DNA from: Methylotenera sp.
GTDB taxonomy: Bacteria; Pseudomonadota; Gammaproteobacteria; Burkholderiales; Methylophilaceae
DNA: 64,000 bases
Reading direction: 5' to 3'
Assembly (NCBI GenBank): GCA_031369365.1
Contig: JANMOP010000014.1
Location: 4,680-68,679, forward strand
Shown: positions 8,913 through 18,347 of the stretch, in pieces
How positions within the stretch are numbered: position 1 is the first letter of the stretch
Layout: every line of letters begins with the position of its first letter
Program-made: the position numbers and the translations under genes
The notes under the pieces: model-generated
Database searches by the model: none
Told to the model about the DNA's origin: nothing
Seen by the model: the letters and a program-made list of their open reading frames with translations, nothing else

Positions 8913-9081
8913 ATTTTTCCTTTTTTGAGGCTGTCAGTTTAACGCAATGTGATAGATTAAGTCGCAACTTGCACTAAAATAATCAGTCTTAATCATTGAG
9001 CGCATCAACTTTAGCTACTAAATTTGCCCATATATTTTTTGACGCTCAGAGATGAGCTTGAAAGTGGAAAGGTGAACTATT

Positions 9082-9639
9082 ATGAAAACGCTAACAATCA
9101 ACAAGGTGTTGGTGGGCGAAGCTTTGGTGGGCGAAGGCAACGAGGTTGCGCATATTGATTTGATTATAGGGCCGCGTGGCAGTGCGGTAGAAACTGCTTT
9201 TTGCTTAACGCTCACTAATCAAAAACGCGGCGATAATGCTCTGCTAGCCGTGATAGCCCCAAATCTTATGGCGAAACCGCCAACCGTGATGTTCAACAAA
9301 GTAGATATTAAAAACGCGAAACAAGCGGTGCAAATGTTTGGCGCAGCGCAATGTGGTGTCGCGGCAGCAGTGGCCGATTGTGTGAAAGCAGGCGTGATAC
9401 CGATGGATGAAGCAGACGACGTATTTATTTGCGTTGGCGTATTTATTCATTGGGATGCCGTAGATGACTCAAAAATTCAAGATTGGAATTATGCAGCGAC
9501 CAAGCTAGCGATTGAGCGTGCCGTAGCGGGCTTGCCAAGCGCTAAAGAGGTGATAGAGCAAGCGGTTGCCGCGCATCACCCACTGGCTGCACATGATTAC
9601 AAGCAGGCAAACATAAGCAGGCTTCGCCAAGCTGCTTAA
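9082..9639 (+). CDS. fae: Formaldehyde-activating enzyme homologue (divergent paralogue)
   Basis: [41 protein letters not shown] and VGVFIHW match Fae. Confidence 0.9.
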   Translation: MKTLTINKVLVGEALVGEGNEVAHIDLIIGPRGSAVETAFCLTLTNQKRGDNALLAVIAPNLMAKPPTVMFNKVDIKNAKQAVQMFGAAQCGVAAAVADCVKAGVIPMDEADDVFICVGVFIHWDAVDDSKIQDWNYAATKLAIERAVAGLPSAKEVIEQAVAAHHPLAAHDYKQANISRLRQAA

Positions 9640-9702
9640 AACTGGCATGGCACATTGCCAACTAGGTAGTAGAATATCATTTTTATACCTAGTTGGCAGA
9701 CT

Positions 9703-10641
9703 ATGCAGGTTAATTTAGCGCAAGCAATTACATTACTTAAAAATGGCGATGTGGTCGCCATACCCACCGAAACAGTGTATGGCTTGGCCGCAGATGCGAC
9801 TAATGAAGCGGCTTTGCTACAAGTGTATGCGATTAAACAACGCCCTGCCGATAATCCACTCATCGTACATATTGCTGATGCAAACCAAGTGCATAATTGG
9901 GCGGCGGAATTCCCACCGCTTGCACAAAAGTTGGCACTAGCGTTTTGGCCAGGCCCATTTACCTTGGTTTTAAGGGCAAGAGATAGCGTTTCAAACATTG
10001 TGCGCGGTAATCATCCAACAGTGGCGTTGCGTGTGCCTAATCATCCAATTACTCAGCAACTACTTAAGCAAAGTGGTTTGGCGTTGGCTGCGCCTTCTGC
10101 CAATAAATTCACGCAACTTAGCCCTACTACGGCTGCCCATGTGGCTTCTGGCTTGGGTGACAGCGTGCCAGTGTTAGATGGCGGTGCATGTAAAGTGGGT
10201 ATTGAATCGACCATAGTTGCCGTAATAGGTGAAGAATGGCAATTATTACGTTTAGGCATGTTGCCAGAAGCCAGCATTGAAGCGCTTGCTGGCAGGCCTG
10301 CTTTAAGCTCAAAACAGGCTATTAGAGTACCAGGCCAACATGTGCTGCATTATTCACCCAAAACACCAGTTAAGCTGTTTCAATCACGCAAAGAGCTCAT
10401 TAATTTTGTTCTAACTCCGCAAAATAACTGTGCTGCTTTGTTATTTGGAGCAGGTGAATACCCAAGTTGCCACTACGTGCAATTGCCAAATCAAGCCGCA
10501 AAAGCCGCAGAAGCCTTATACGGCGCGCTGCATCAGCTAGACGCGTTGCAAGTAACGCAATTACTGGTAGAAATGCCGCCGCGCACGACAGAATGGGCAG
10601 CGGTTAATGATAGGCTTAGTCGCGCAGCGCATCAGGGTTAA
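9703..10641 (+). CDS. tsaC: L-threonylcarbamoyl-AMP synthase, Sua5 long form
   Basis: PTETVYGLAAD, K.RP.DNPLIVH, AAPSANK and GIEST motifs, plus a C-terminal Sua5 domain (PG...HYSP; LYGALHQLD). Confidence 0.9.
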   Translation: MQVNLAQAITLLKNGDVVAIPTETVYGLAADATNEAALLQVYAIKQRPADNPLIVHIADANQVHNWAAEFPPLAQKLALAFWPGPFTLVLRARDSVSNIVRGNHPTVALRVPNHPITQQLLKQSGLALAAPSANKFTQLSPTTAAHVASGLGDSVPVLDGGACKVGIESTIVAVIGEEWQLLRLGMLPEASIEALAGRPALSSKQAIRVPGQHVLHYSPKTPVKLFQSRKELINFVLTPQNNCAALLFGAGEYPSCHYVQLPNQAAKAAEALYGALHQLDALQVTQLLVEMPPRTTEWAAVNDRLSRAAHQG

Positions 10642-11126
10642 AACGTCGCGCCGCGCATCGTTAATATCGAGGCAAAATGTTTTTATTTAAAAAAATTACC
10701 CATTTAGGAATGAGATCTTTCACTTGGCTAAGTACGCCACTTAGAATTATTTGACCAATCTCGCTATTGACTCGATTCAGCGTTTCTTTGTGCAATAAAT
10801 CTAGCAAGTGATTGTATTTGCCGTTAAAAATACATTAGGCACTTGTTCAGCAAGCCAAATGGCTGCATAACTTGTAACGTGTTGGCGGGCGAAAAGGCCG
10901 TTTGGTTTGCATTCACCTCCACTCGTTTACTTTGGCTGCTTTGAATGTAGGTTGTACCTTTTTGCCTTTAACCGCGCTCATTCCGCCTTTTAATAACTAA
11001 CGATACACATTTGTCGGTGACAACAACAAACATTTTATAGACATAAATTAGCCGCCTACACTTGCTCATTCTTTAAAAAAGGCGTAATTTGTGTATTATC
11101 AAATTTTGTTAAAAATGGAGTTAACC

Positions 11127-11345
11127 ATGGATAATAAATATGGTTTAGGCAGCAATAAAGTAGCGACAGAACACCACGAAACACACCATAAAACGGCGGT
11201 CATTCATCCTACGCATTGCAAATTTTGTAATAGTCCCAGCTTAACTTTAAGCCCAAGCATGCACGACCATCGTTGCAATGATTGTGGCGAATGGCAAAGT
11301 GATGTGCCGCAGGGATATTCAACTGGCAGAGCAGCTGATTATTAA
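11127..11345 (+). CDS. 72-aa His-rich zinc-ribbon-like protein
   Basis: GGAG RBS at 11117-11120 before ATG 11127; CKFC...CNDC pairs; EHHETHH tract. Confidence 0.6.
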   Translation: MDNKYGLGSNKVATEHHETHHKTAVIHPTHCKFCNSPSLTLSPSMHDHRCNDCGEWQSDVPQGYSTGRAADY

Positions 11346-12355
11346 TTGGCAGCAGGTTTTAGCGCCGCTGTAAATTCTTCATCCAGCTCGCCATTAATGG
11401 CCTTAAGCGCAACCCGCGTTTTCTCTACATCATCCGCCTTACCAGCCCGATTTGCCATCAACCCAAGCTCAATCAATGTTGCCACATGTTGTGGATGAAG
11501 GCTAAGCGTTTTTTGAAAGTACTGGTAAGCCTTAGTTAAATCGCCTAAATTTTCTTCTGCCACACCCGCGTAGAATAAAGCTTCTGGACTAGTTGGTTCT
11601 TTGGTAATCCATTCTTGCGCCACAATTTTTAAATCAGCCCATTTTTCGTTTTGATACGGCAACACTACGCGCATAAAAAACGGCCGTTGTGGCTCTGGCG
11701 CATCCCAAAACGGTAGTTCATTGGTATCAAGCGACGCTATGTCGGGCGCATTTAATAAGGCCTTAATCCATTTTACAGGCATATTATAAAAATAAGCCCC
11801 GCCGCGCCCTGGGCTTTTAAAAGTACTGAGCGCAACCAGTTTGCCCTCTGCATCAAACACTGGGCTGCCGCTCGCACCCATCACAAACGAGGCGTCGGTA
11901 CGCACCACTTGACTGTCGTCATGCGGATATAAAGCTTTAATTTTGCCATAGGTGGCTTGTGGCTTGGGCGGCCCGCCAGGAAAGCCGATTGAAAATATGG
12001 CTTGCTCGTTTACTAAGTTTTCAGAATCGCCTAACTCCACTGGTATCAGGTCAAGATATTGAAAGCGTAAAATACAAAGATCGTGTTTCCAATCTGCTTT
12101 CATGGTGTCTGGCACAAAACTTTCACCAAATTTACTAATTTTTACACCTGTAGCGTTAGCGATAACATGGCAATTAGTCGCCACTGAATCTTTACTGACT
12201 ACTACACCAGTGCCAACCCCATGCCCACCAGATTTGGTAGCCACGTGTACCTTAACTACAGAGGCTTTAAGCTTAAATGCCAGCTCATGATTAGGCTGTG
12301 CGCTTAAAGTGGGTTGAGAAGAAATTAAAGTAAGTAAAGCTAAAATTAAGCGCAT
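11342..12355 (-). CDS. Secreted trypsin-like (S1C) serine protease with C-terminal TPR
   Basis: Signal peptide; catalytic TNCHV, DLCIL and GASGSP motifs; TPR-like C-terminus (EALFYAGVAEENLG...). Confidence 0.85.
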   Translation of the reverse strand: MRLILALLTLISSQPTLSAQPNHELAFKLKASVVKVHVATKSGGHGVGTGVVVSKDSVATNCHVIANATGVKISKFGESFVPDTMKADWKHDLCILRFQYLDLIPVELGDSENLVNEQAIFSIGFPGGPPKPQATYGKIKALYPHDDSQVVRTDASFVMGASGSPVFDAEGKLVALSTFKSPGRGGAYFYNMPVKWIKALLNAPDIASLDTNELPFWDAPEPQRPFFMRVVLPYQNEKWADLKIVAQEWITKEPTSPEALFYAGVAEENLGDLTKAYQYFQKTLSLHPQHVATLIELGLMANRAGKADDVEKTRVALKAINGELDEEFTAALKPAAN

Positions 12356-12513
12356 ACAAACACTTTCTATAATTAAGGTGTTGTTAAATGACAGCTGTTT
12401 AAAATATTAATTCTTATCTAATACCAAACAGTTTGCCAAATTTAATGCTTTTTGTGTGTGACAATCCTCACAAAACTTGTAAAATAGTGCATTCTAGAAT
12501 TTAACTAAAATTT

Positions 12514-13254
12514 ATGCAGACACAATCGCACATTGCTGATATTTCCACACCTACAGGCGTAATGCGAACTTATATTCATAGGCCAACGCATAACAAACCT
12601 GTGCCTGCCATTCTATTTTACTCCGAAATTTTTCAACAAACAGGTCCAATTGAGCGTGCTGCTATTTACATGGCGGGTCAAGGCTTTGCGGTGCTGGTGC
12701 CAGAGGTGTTTCACGAGCTAAACCCCATTGGCACGGTGCTGGGCTACGACGACGCAGGCCGCATTAAAGGCAATAACGACAAGGCCGCCAAAGATGTACA
12801 GGGCTACGATACCGATAATCGTGCCATGATAGATTATTTAACCACGCAAGATTGGTACAACGGCAATGTGGGCGCAATGGGTTATTGCATAGGCGGGCAT
12901 TTGGCTTTCCGCGCGGCTTTGCAGACAGAGGTTAAAGCGACCGCCTGTTTTTACGCTACCGATTTACACATTAATAACATCCCCAGTAAGCCTAATCAGC
13001 ACAGTATGGAGCGCCTAGCCGATATTAAAGGCGAGCTAATGATGATTTGGGGCAAGCAAGACAATCACGTACCCGTAGCAGGCCGCCAGCTAGTACATCA
13101 AAAAATGACAGACGCCAATTTAAATTTTACTTGGCATGAATTTAATGCACAGCACGCGTTTATGCGCGATGGCGAAGCGCGTTACGATTCAGAGTTAGCG
13201 GGCTTATGTTATTTAATGAGTACCATGTTATTTAATCGAACACTTAAAACTTAG
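12514..13254 (+). CDS. Dienelactone hydrolase family protein
   Basis: GYCIGG nucleophile elbow, QDNHV and HAFMRD motifs. Confidence 0.9.
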   Translation: MQTQSHIADISTPTGVMRTYIHRPTHNKPVPAILFYSEIFQQTGPIERAAIYMAGQGFAVLVPEVFHELNPIGTVLGYDDAGRIKGNNDKAAKDVQGYDTDNRAMIDYLTTQDWYNGNVGAMGYCIGGHLAFRAALQTEVKATACFYATDLHINNIPSKPNQHSMERLADIKGELMMIWGKQDNHVPVAGRQLVHQKMTDANLNFTWHEFNAQHAFMRDGEARYDSELAGLCYLMSTMLFNRTLKT

Positions 13255-13340
13255 CAGCAATTTCCCCCAAAACAAAAGCCACAAGCCTTTGTTTTATTTT
13301 AACTTAAAGCGCTAAAAGAGCGCAGACAAAGAGAAAAGAT

Positions 13341-14855
13341 ATGACTACAAAAAATGCTGATATTGGCCTAGTTGGCCTTGCCGTGATGGGGCAAAATCTT
13401 GCCCTTAATATTGCCGATCACGGCTATACCATTGCGGTGTACAACCGCGATCCTAAAAAAATGACTAACTTTATTAAAGAGTGCAAGGCAAACGAACCTT
13501 CGCACGCTAATGTGGTGGGTCATGCTGATTTGGCTTCTTTTGTGCTTAGCATTAAGCGACCGCGCAAAATCGTGCTGCTGGTAAAAGCAGGCAGCGCGAC
13601 CGATGTAACGATTAATGCGTTACTGCCGTTTTTAGAAGAAGGCGACATTATTATTGACGGCGGCAATTCATTATGGACAGACACCATTCGCCGCGAAAAA
13701 GAGTTAGCGGTAAAAGGCATTGATTTCATTGGTTCTGGTGTATCTGGCGGCGAAACTGGCGCGCGTTTTGGCCCAAGTTTAATGCCATCTGGCACGCGCA
13801 AAGCTTGGGCGAGTTTGGAGCCAATTTGGCGTGACATTGCTGCAAAAGTAGATTCAGTCACAGGTGAGCCAATGGAAGGCGGCAAGCCAGGCAAACCAGT
13901 AGTAGGTGGTTTTTCATGTGCGGAATATATTGGCCCAGATGGCTCAGGGCATTATGTGAAGATGGTGCACAACGGTATTGAATATATCGATATGCAGCTT
14001 ATTTGCGAGGCCTATTGGCTCATGAAAAACTTACTTGGTATGCCAGCTGATGAAATCGGTAAAATATTCGCAGAGTGGAACAAAGGCGAATTATCCAGTT
14101 TCTTAATCGAAATTACCGCCGATATTTTGCAACAAAAAGATCCAATGACTAAAGGCTTCTTGGTGGATCAAATTTTAGATACCGCAGGTCAAAAAGGCAC
14201 CGGCCAATGGACAGCCGCCAATGCGCTTGAGCTTGGTGCGCCTGCTAACGCCATCGCCGCAGCGGTGTATGCGCGCGCACTCTCTAGCTTGAAAGAGGAA
14301 CGTGTAGAAGCCAGCAAAATTTTAAAAGGCCCAGCAATTAAGCATGAGACAGACAAAAAAGCCATTATTGATGCGATTAAAAACGCGCTGTATTGCAGCA
14401 AAATATGCGCTTACGCACAAGGTTTTCAGCTGATTGATAAAGCACAAGTGGCGTATAACTGGAAGCTTAACTTTGGCGAGCTGGCACAAATTTGGCGCGG
14501 TGGTTGTATTATTCGCGCCCGCTTTTTGCAAAAAATCACCGAAGCTTACGCACTTAATTCACGTTTGAAAAACTTGATGCTAGACCCATACTTCACTAAA
14601 GCCATGAACGACGGCCAAGCTGGCTGGCGTAAAGTGATTGCTTTAGCGGTGACTAACGGTATTCCCGCACAAGGCTTTAGTGCGGCGATGGCATATTACG
14701 ATGGCTACCGCAGTGCCGATTTACCAGCTAACTTATTGCAAGGCCAACGTGATTATTTTGGCGCGCATACTTACGAGCGTAAAGATCAGCCTCGCGGTCA
14801 GTTCTACCATTTAGATTGGCCAGAACCAAAACGTCCGCAATTGCTGATTGAATAA
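13341..14855 (+). CDS. gnd: 6-phosphogluconate dehydrogenase, decarboxylating (NADP)
   Basis: [40 protein letters not shown] and [10 protein letters not shown] motifs. Confidence 0.97.
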   Translation: MTTKNADIGLVGLAVMGQNLALNIADHGYTIAVYNRDPKKMTNFIKECKANEPSHANVVGHADLASFVLSIKRPRKIVLLVKAGSATDVTINALLPFLEEGDIIIDGGNSLWTDTIRREKELAVKGIDFIGSGVSGGETGARFGPSLMPSGTRKAWASLEPIWRDIAAKVDSVTGEPMEGGKPGKPVVGGFSCAEYIGPDGSGHYVKMVHNGIEYIDMQLICEAYWLMKNLLGMPADEIGKIFAEWNKGELSSFLIEITADILQQKDPMTKGFLVDQILDTAGQKGTGQWTAANALELGAPANAIAAAVYARALSSLKEERVEASKILKGPAIKHETDKKAIIDAIKNALYCSKICAYAQGFQLIDKAQVAYNWKLNFGELAQIWRGGCIIRARFLQKITEAYALNSRLKNLMLDPYFTKAMNDGQAGWRKVIALAVTNGIPAQGFSAAMAYYDGYRSADLPANLLQGQRDYFGAHTYERKDQPRGQFYHLDWPEPKRPQLLIE

Positions 14856-14885
14856 AAGCTGACAGCAATTTAGCTAGAAAGCAAC

Positions 14886-14916
14886 GTGGGTTGGCAGTAA
14901 TGCCACCCGCTTTTTT
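14886..14916 (+). terminator. Intrinsic terminator of gnd
   Basis: GTGGGTTGGCA-GTAA-TGCCACCCGC followed by TTTTTT. Confidence 0.7.
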
Positions 14917-14943
14917 CTTTAAAGCCAAATTATATGCTTAAGC

Positions 14944-15138
14944 TTAAACGCAGTCGCTGTACGCTTCTAGCGTACGACTAAAACTTGGTGGTTTAACTTG
15001 TTCCGCAACTTCGGGTAGTTTCGCTTTATCAGCTTTTGAATCACTTACCAGTTTGGTAGAGATGGCCAATTTGGCAGTGGCTTGGGTTTTTACAACGTTA
15101 TTAACATTACTTGTTTCTAAATTTGCTGCTTGCATCAT
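14944..15138 (-). CDS. 64-aa hypothetical protein ending FSRTLEAYSDCV
   Basis: AAGGA RBS at 15143-15147 supports ATG 15138 rather than the ORF-track start. Confidence 0.55.
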   Translation of the reverse strand: MMQAANLETSNVNNVVKTQATAKLAISTKLVSDSKADKAKLPEVAEQVKPPSFSRTLEAYSDCV

Positions 15139-15421
15139 GTTTTCCTTTTGGGATTTAAAGCTACTGGAATTTTGTTCCATTAGCATGTGAGTCTAATCTA
15201 TTAAAATAATTCATTCATTTCATAGGTTTAGTCTATAAACTAAATTAATCATTACAGTTTGATGTATAACGCGGCACATCTGCTGCGGAATACAAAAAAA
15301 ATATTTTTTCCTTATTTGATTAAAGCAATAGCCATACCAAACTTATACAAAACATAAATTTTTGCAGCAAAGCACAGATATTCGCCCGTAAAATAGTGCT
15401 TTCCAGTAAAATTAATCTACT

Positions 15422-15625
15422 ATGAACATTATTATTAACGGCAACGCCAAGCAGTTTGATAGCGAAAACATGACAATCTTGGCACTTGTGGCGACACTTA
15501 ATTTAACTGGCAAGCGCTTGGCGATTGAAAAAAATGGCGGAATTGTGCCGCGCAGCCAGTTTGATACGGTGAATTTGCAAGATGGCGATAAGCTGGAAAT
15601 TGTCGGTGCAGTCGGCGGCGGATAG
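15422..15625 (+). CDS. thiS: Sulfur carrier protein ThiS
   Basis: Ubiquitin-like, ends EIVGAVGGG; directly upstream of thiG. Confidence 0.95.
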   Translation: MNIIINGNAKQFDSENMTILALVATLNLTGKRLAIEKNGGIVPRSQFDTVNLQDGDKLEIVGAVGGG

Positions 15626-15634
15626 ACTAAAAAT

Positions 15635-16423
15635 ATGAGCGAAAAATTAATGATTGCAGGGCAAGCTTACCACTCGCGCTTATTGGTGGGTACGGGCAAA
15701 TACAAAGATTTTGCCGAGACCCGCGCCGCGATTGATGCCAGTGGCGCGCAGATTGTGACGGTGGCAATTAGGCGCACCAATATTGGCCAAACAGCGGGTG
15801 AGCCGTCATTGCTAGAGTATTTGCCGCCCGAAGAATTCACCTATTTACCCAATACGGCAGGCTGCTATTCGGCGGATGACGCGGTGCGTACTTTAAGATT
15901 AGCTAGAGAACTTTTGGATGGTCACAAACTGGTTAAACTGGAAGTGCTAGGCGACCCAAAAACGCTGTATCCGAATGTGCTTGAGACGATTTCCGCCGCT
16001 AAAATCCTAGTAAAAGATGGCTTTGACGTGATGGTTTATACCTCGGACGACCCGATTATCGCCAAACAGTTAGAAGAGATAGGTTGTTGCGCGGTGATGC
16101 CATTGGCCTCATTAATCGGCTCTGGTATGGGTATTTTAAACCCGTGGAATTTACAAATTATTATCGAAAACGCAAAAATCCCCGTATTGGTAGATGCAGG
16201 TATTGGTAGCGCGGCCGATGCAGCGGTTGCGATGGAGCTTGGTTGCGACGGTGTGCTAATGAACACCGCCATTGCGGCCGCGCGCGACCCAGTGATGATG
16301 GCAGGCGCGATGAAAAAAGCCATTGAAGCAGGACGTGAATCTTTTCTGGCAGGGCGTATGCCAAAAAAACTCTATTCCGCCAGCCCAAGCTCACCGACAT
16401 CTGGTTTAATTACGGCGGCATAA
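15635..16423 (+). CDS. thiG: Thiazole synthase
   Basis: [21 protein letters not shown] and DAGIG motifs. Confidence 0.97.
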   Translation: MSEKLMIAGQAYHSRLLVGTGKYKDFAETRAAIDASGAQIVTVAIRRTNIGQTAGEPSLLEYLPPEEFTYLPNTAGCYSADDAVRTLRLARELLDGHKLVKLEVLGDPKTLYPNVLETISAAKILVKDGFDVMVYTSDDPIIAKQLEEIGCCAVMPLASLIGSGMGILNPWNLQIIIENAKIPVLVDAGIGSAADAAVAMELGCDGVLMNTAIAAARDPVMMAGAMKKAIEAGRESFLAGRMPKKLYSASPSSPTSGLITAA

Positions 16424-16432
16424 CCATCTAAA

Positions 16433-16819
16433 ATGACGGCTACTGACAAAAAATATGCGTTTATGGTGAGTGTACACACTGCTTACTTTGCAGATCAATC
16501 TAACCCCGATGATAGCAAATATGCTTTTGCCTACACCGTGACCATTAGTAATGTGGGTAGCGTCGCTGCACAATTGATTAGCCGTCATTGGATTATTACA
16601 GATGCGAATAATAATGTGCAGGAAGTGAAAGGTTTGGGCGTGGTAGGCGCGCAGCCCTTATTGCAGCCAGGTCAACAGTTTGAATATACTAGCGGGACGC
16701 TACTGGCTACGCCCGTTGGCTCTATGCGCGGCAGCTATAAAATAGTGGCAGAAGATGGCACCATGTTTGATGCGATTATTGAGCCTTTTACCTTGGCTGT
16801 GCCTAAAATGTTGAACTGA
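16433..16819 (+). CDS. apaG: ApaG (Co2+/Mg2+ efflux-associated) protein
   Basis: FAYTVTISN, QLISRHWIITD, GVVGAQP and F.YTSG motifs. Confidence 0.95.
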   Translation: MTATDKKYAFMVSVHTAYFADQSNPDDSKYAFAYTVTISNVGSVAAQLISRHWIITDANNNVQEVKGLGVVGAQPLLQPGQQFEYTSGTLLATPVGSMRGSYKIVAEDGTMFDAIIEPFTLAVPKMLN

Positions 16820-16840
16820 TTAAAGTGAGCTAATGATATT

Positions 16841-18070
16841 TTGCAAAAACTTTCTATATTAATTAAACTTTATATATTAATTTTACTGGCGCTGCTTAGC
16901 ACTTCTTGTGCAAATCGCATTGTAAAACCTGCTTGTAACTGTGACGACAATACGCCAACTGTTGCTGTGATTGAAGCGCAAAAAAATACAGAAAGCATAA
17001 AGCCAAATGAGTCAAAAATAGCCGAGTATAGCTTGCTTAAACCCATCTCTTGGCGCAACGCCGAAATTTTGCTGGATGATAATACCGTTGAAGCTTGGGA
17101 GGCATGGCTACAAAGCTGTCAAGGCTTAAAAAACAAACCAAAATGGAAAGCCGTTTGCCAAACAGCCAGTATAATTAATCAGCCGAATGATGCAGATGTA
17201 AATAGATACTTTGTTCAAAATTTTGATGTGTTTCAGGCGAGCAATGTGGATGGTAGCGAAACAGGTTTAATTACAGGCTATTACGTGCCGAAAATGCGCG
17301 GCAGCCGCACCAAAACTGCGCAGTTTTTGCAGCCAGTATATCGAGAACCTACGGACTTGATTACTGTGGAGCTGAGCGAACTTTACCCTGATTTAAAATA
17401 CAAGCGCGTGCGTGGTAAATTGCAAGGTAATAAGTTGGTGCCCTATTTGCAACGTGCAGATATTGATAGCGCAAATACGCCTTTGGCGGGTAACGAAATT
17501 GCTTGGGTGGCCGATGCTGTTGAGTTATTTTTCTTGCAAATTCAAGGTTCTGGTATTATTGAGCTAGAAAATGGTCAGCAACTTCCGATTGGTTATGCCA
17601 ACCAAAACGGCCATGCTTACAACTCAATTGGCAAAATTTTGATTGAGCGCGGAGAATTAACGCGTGACCAAGCTAGCATGCAAGGCATTAAAAACTGGGC
17701 GCTTAAAAATCCACAAAAATTGCAAGAATTACTAAATACCAACCCAAGTTATGTGTTTTTTAGAGAGCTACCTGCTGGGCTGCCAGGTCCGCTTGGTGCG
17801 CTTGGCGTGCCAATTACTGCTGAGCGCAGCGTAGCGATTGACCCAAAATTTGTGCCGCTTGGCGCACCGATATTTTTATCTACAACACAACCCAACAGCA
17901 ATAAACCACTACAACGCTTGATGATGGCGCAAGATACGGGCGGTGCAATTAAAGGCGGAGTGCGAGCTGATTTTTATTGGGGTGCAGGCGATGTGGCTGG
18001 AGCAAAAGCTGGCAGTATGAAACAAGCTGGTAAAGTTTGGGTGCTGCTGCCTAAAGGATTTTTTAACTAA
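16841..18070 (+). CDS. mltA: Membrane-bound lytic murein transglycosylase A (lipoprotein)
   Basis: Lipobox-like LSTSC; TGYY, FFLQIQGSG, NPSYVFF and DTGGAIKG..RADFYWG motifs. TTG start is uncertain. Confidence 0.9.
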   Translation: MQKLSILIKLYILILLALLSTSCANRIVKPACNCDDNTPTVAVIEAQKNTESIKPNESKIAEYSLLKPISWRNAEILLDDNTVEAWEAWLQSCQGLKNKPKWKAVCQTASIINQPNDADVNRYFVQNFDVFQASNVDGSETGLITGYYVPKMRGSRTKTAQFLQPVYREPTDLITVELSELYPDLKYKRVRGKLQGNKLVPYLQRADIDSANTPLAGNEIAWVADAVELFFLQIQGSGIIELENGQQLPIGYANQNGHAYNSIGKILIERGELTRDQASMQGIKNWALKNPQKLQELLNTNPSYVFFRELPAGLPGPLGALGVPITAERSVAIDPKFVPLGAPIFLSTTQPNSNKPLQRLMMAQDTGGAIKGGVRADFYWGAGDVAGAKAGSMKQAGKVWVLLPKGFFN

Positions 18071-18094
18071 TAATTTGATTGAAAGCTGGGCAAT

Positions 18095-18122
18095 AAAAAA
18101 GCGCTCTGGCAGAGCGCTTTTT
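18095..18122. terminator. Bidirectional terminator shared by mltA and pqqA
   Basis: AAAAAA-GCGCTCTG-G-CAGAGCGC-TTTTT. Confidence 0.85.
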
Positions 18123-18151
18123 TGTAGAACAGACAAAAATACTTGTTTTAC

Positions 18152-18223
18152 TTATTTATTCATAACATACATTGTAACTTCGAAACCGAAACGCATTTCA
18201 GTAGCAGCTGGTGTTGTCCACAT
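18152..18223 (-). CDS. pqqA: Coenzyme PQQ precursor peptide, 23 aa (MWTTPAATEMRFGFEVTMYVMNK), solitary copy
   Basis: AGGAG RBS 7 nt upstream; MW.TP...EMRFGFEVTMY carries the ExxxY core; terminator downstream. Absent from the ORF track. Confidence 0.95.
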   Translation of the reverse strand: MWTTPAATEMRFGFEVTMYVMNK

Positions 18224-18347
18224 CGTAATTCTCCTCAAGTTAAAATTCGCTAGGTTCTAGTTGCATCACTGCTTTCACAAACCCATCACGTAGATGAATA
18301 ATACGCTGAGTGCAAAAACGCAACAGCTTAAAACTACTTAAATTGGC

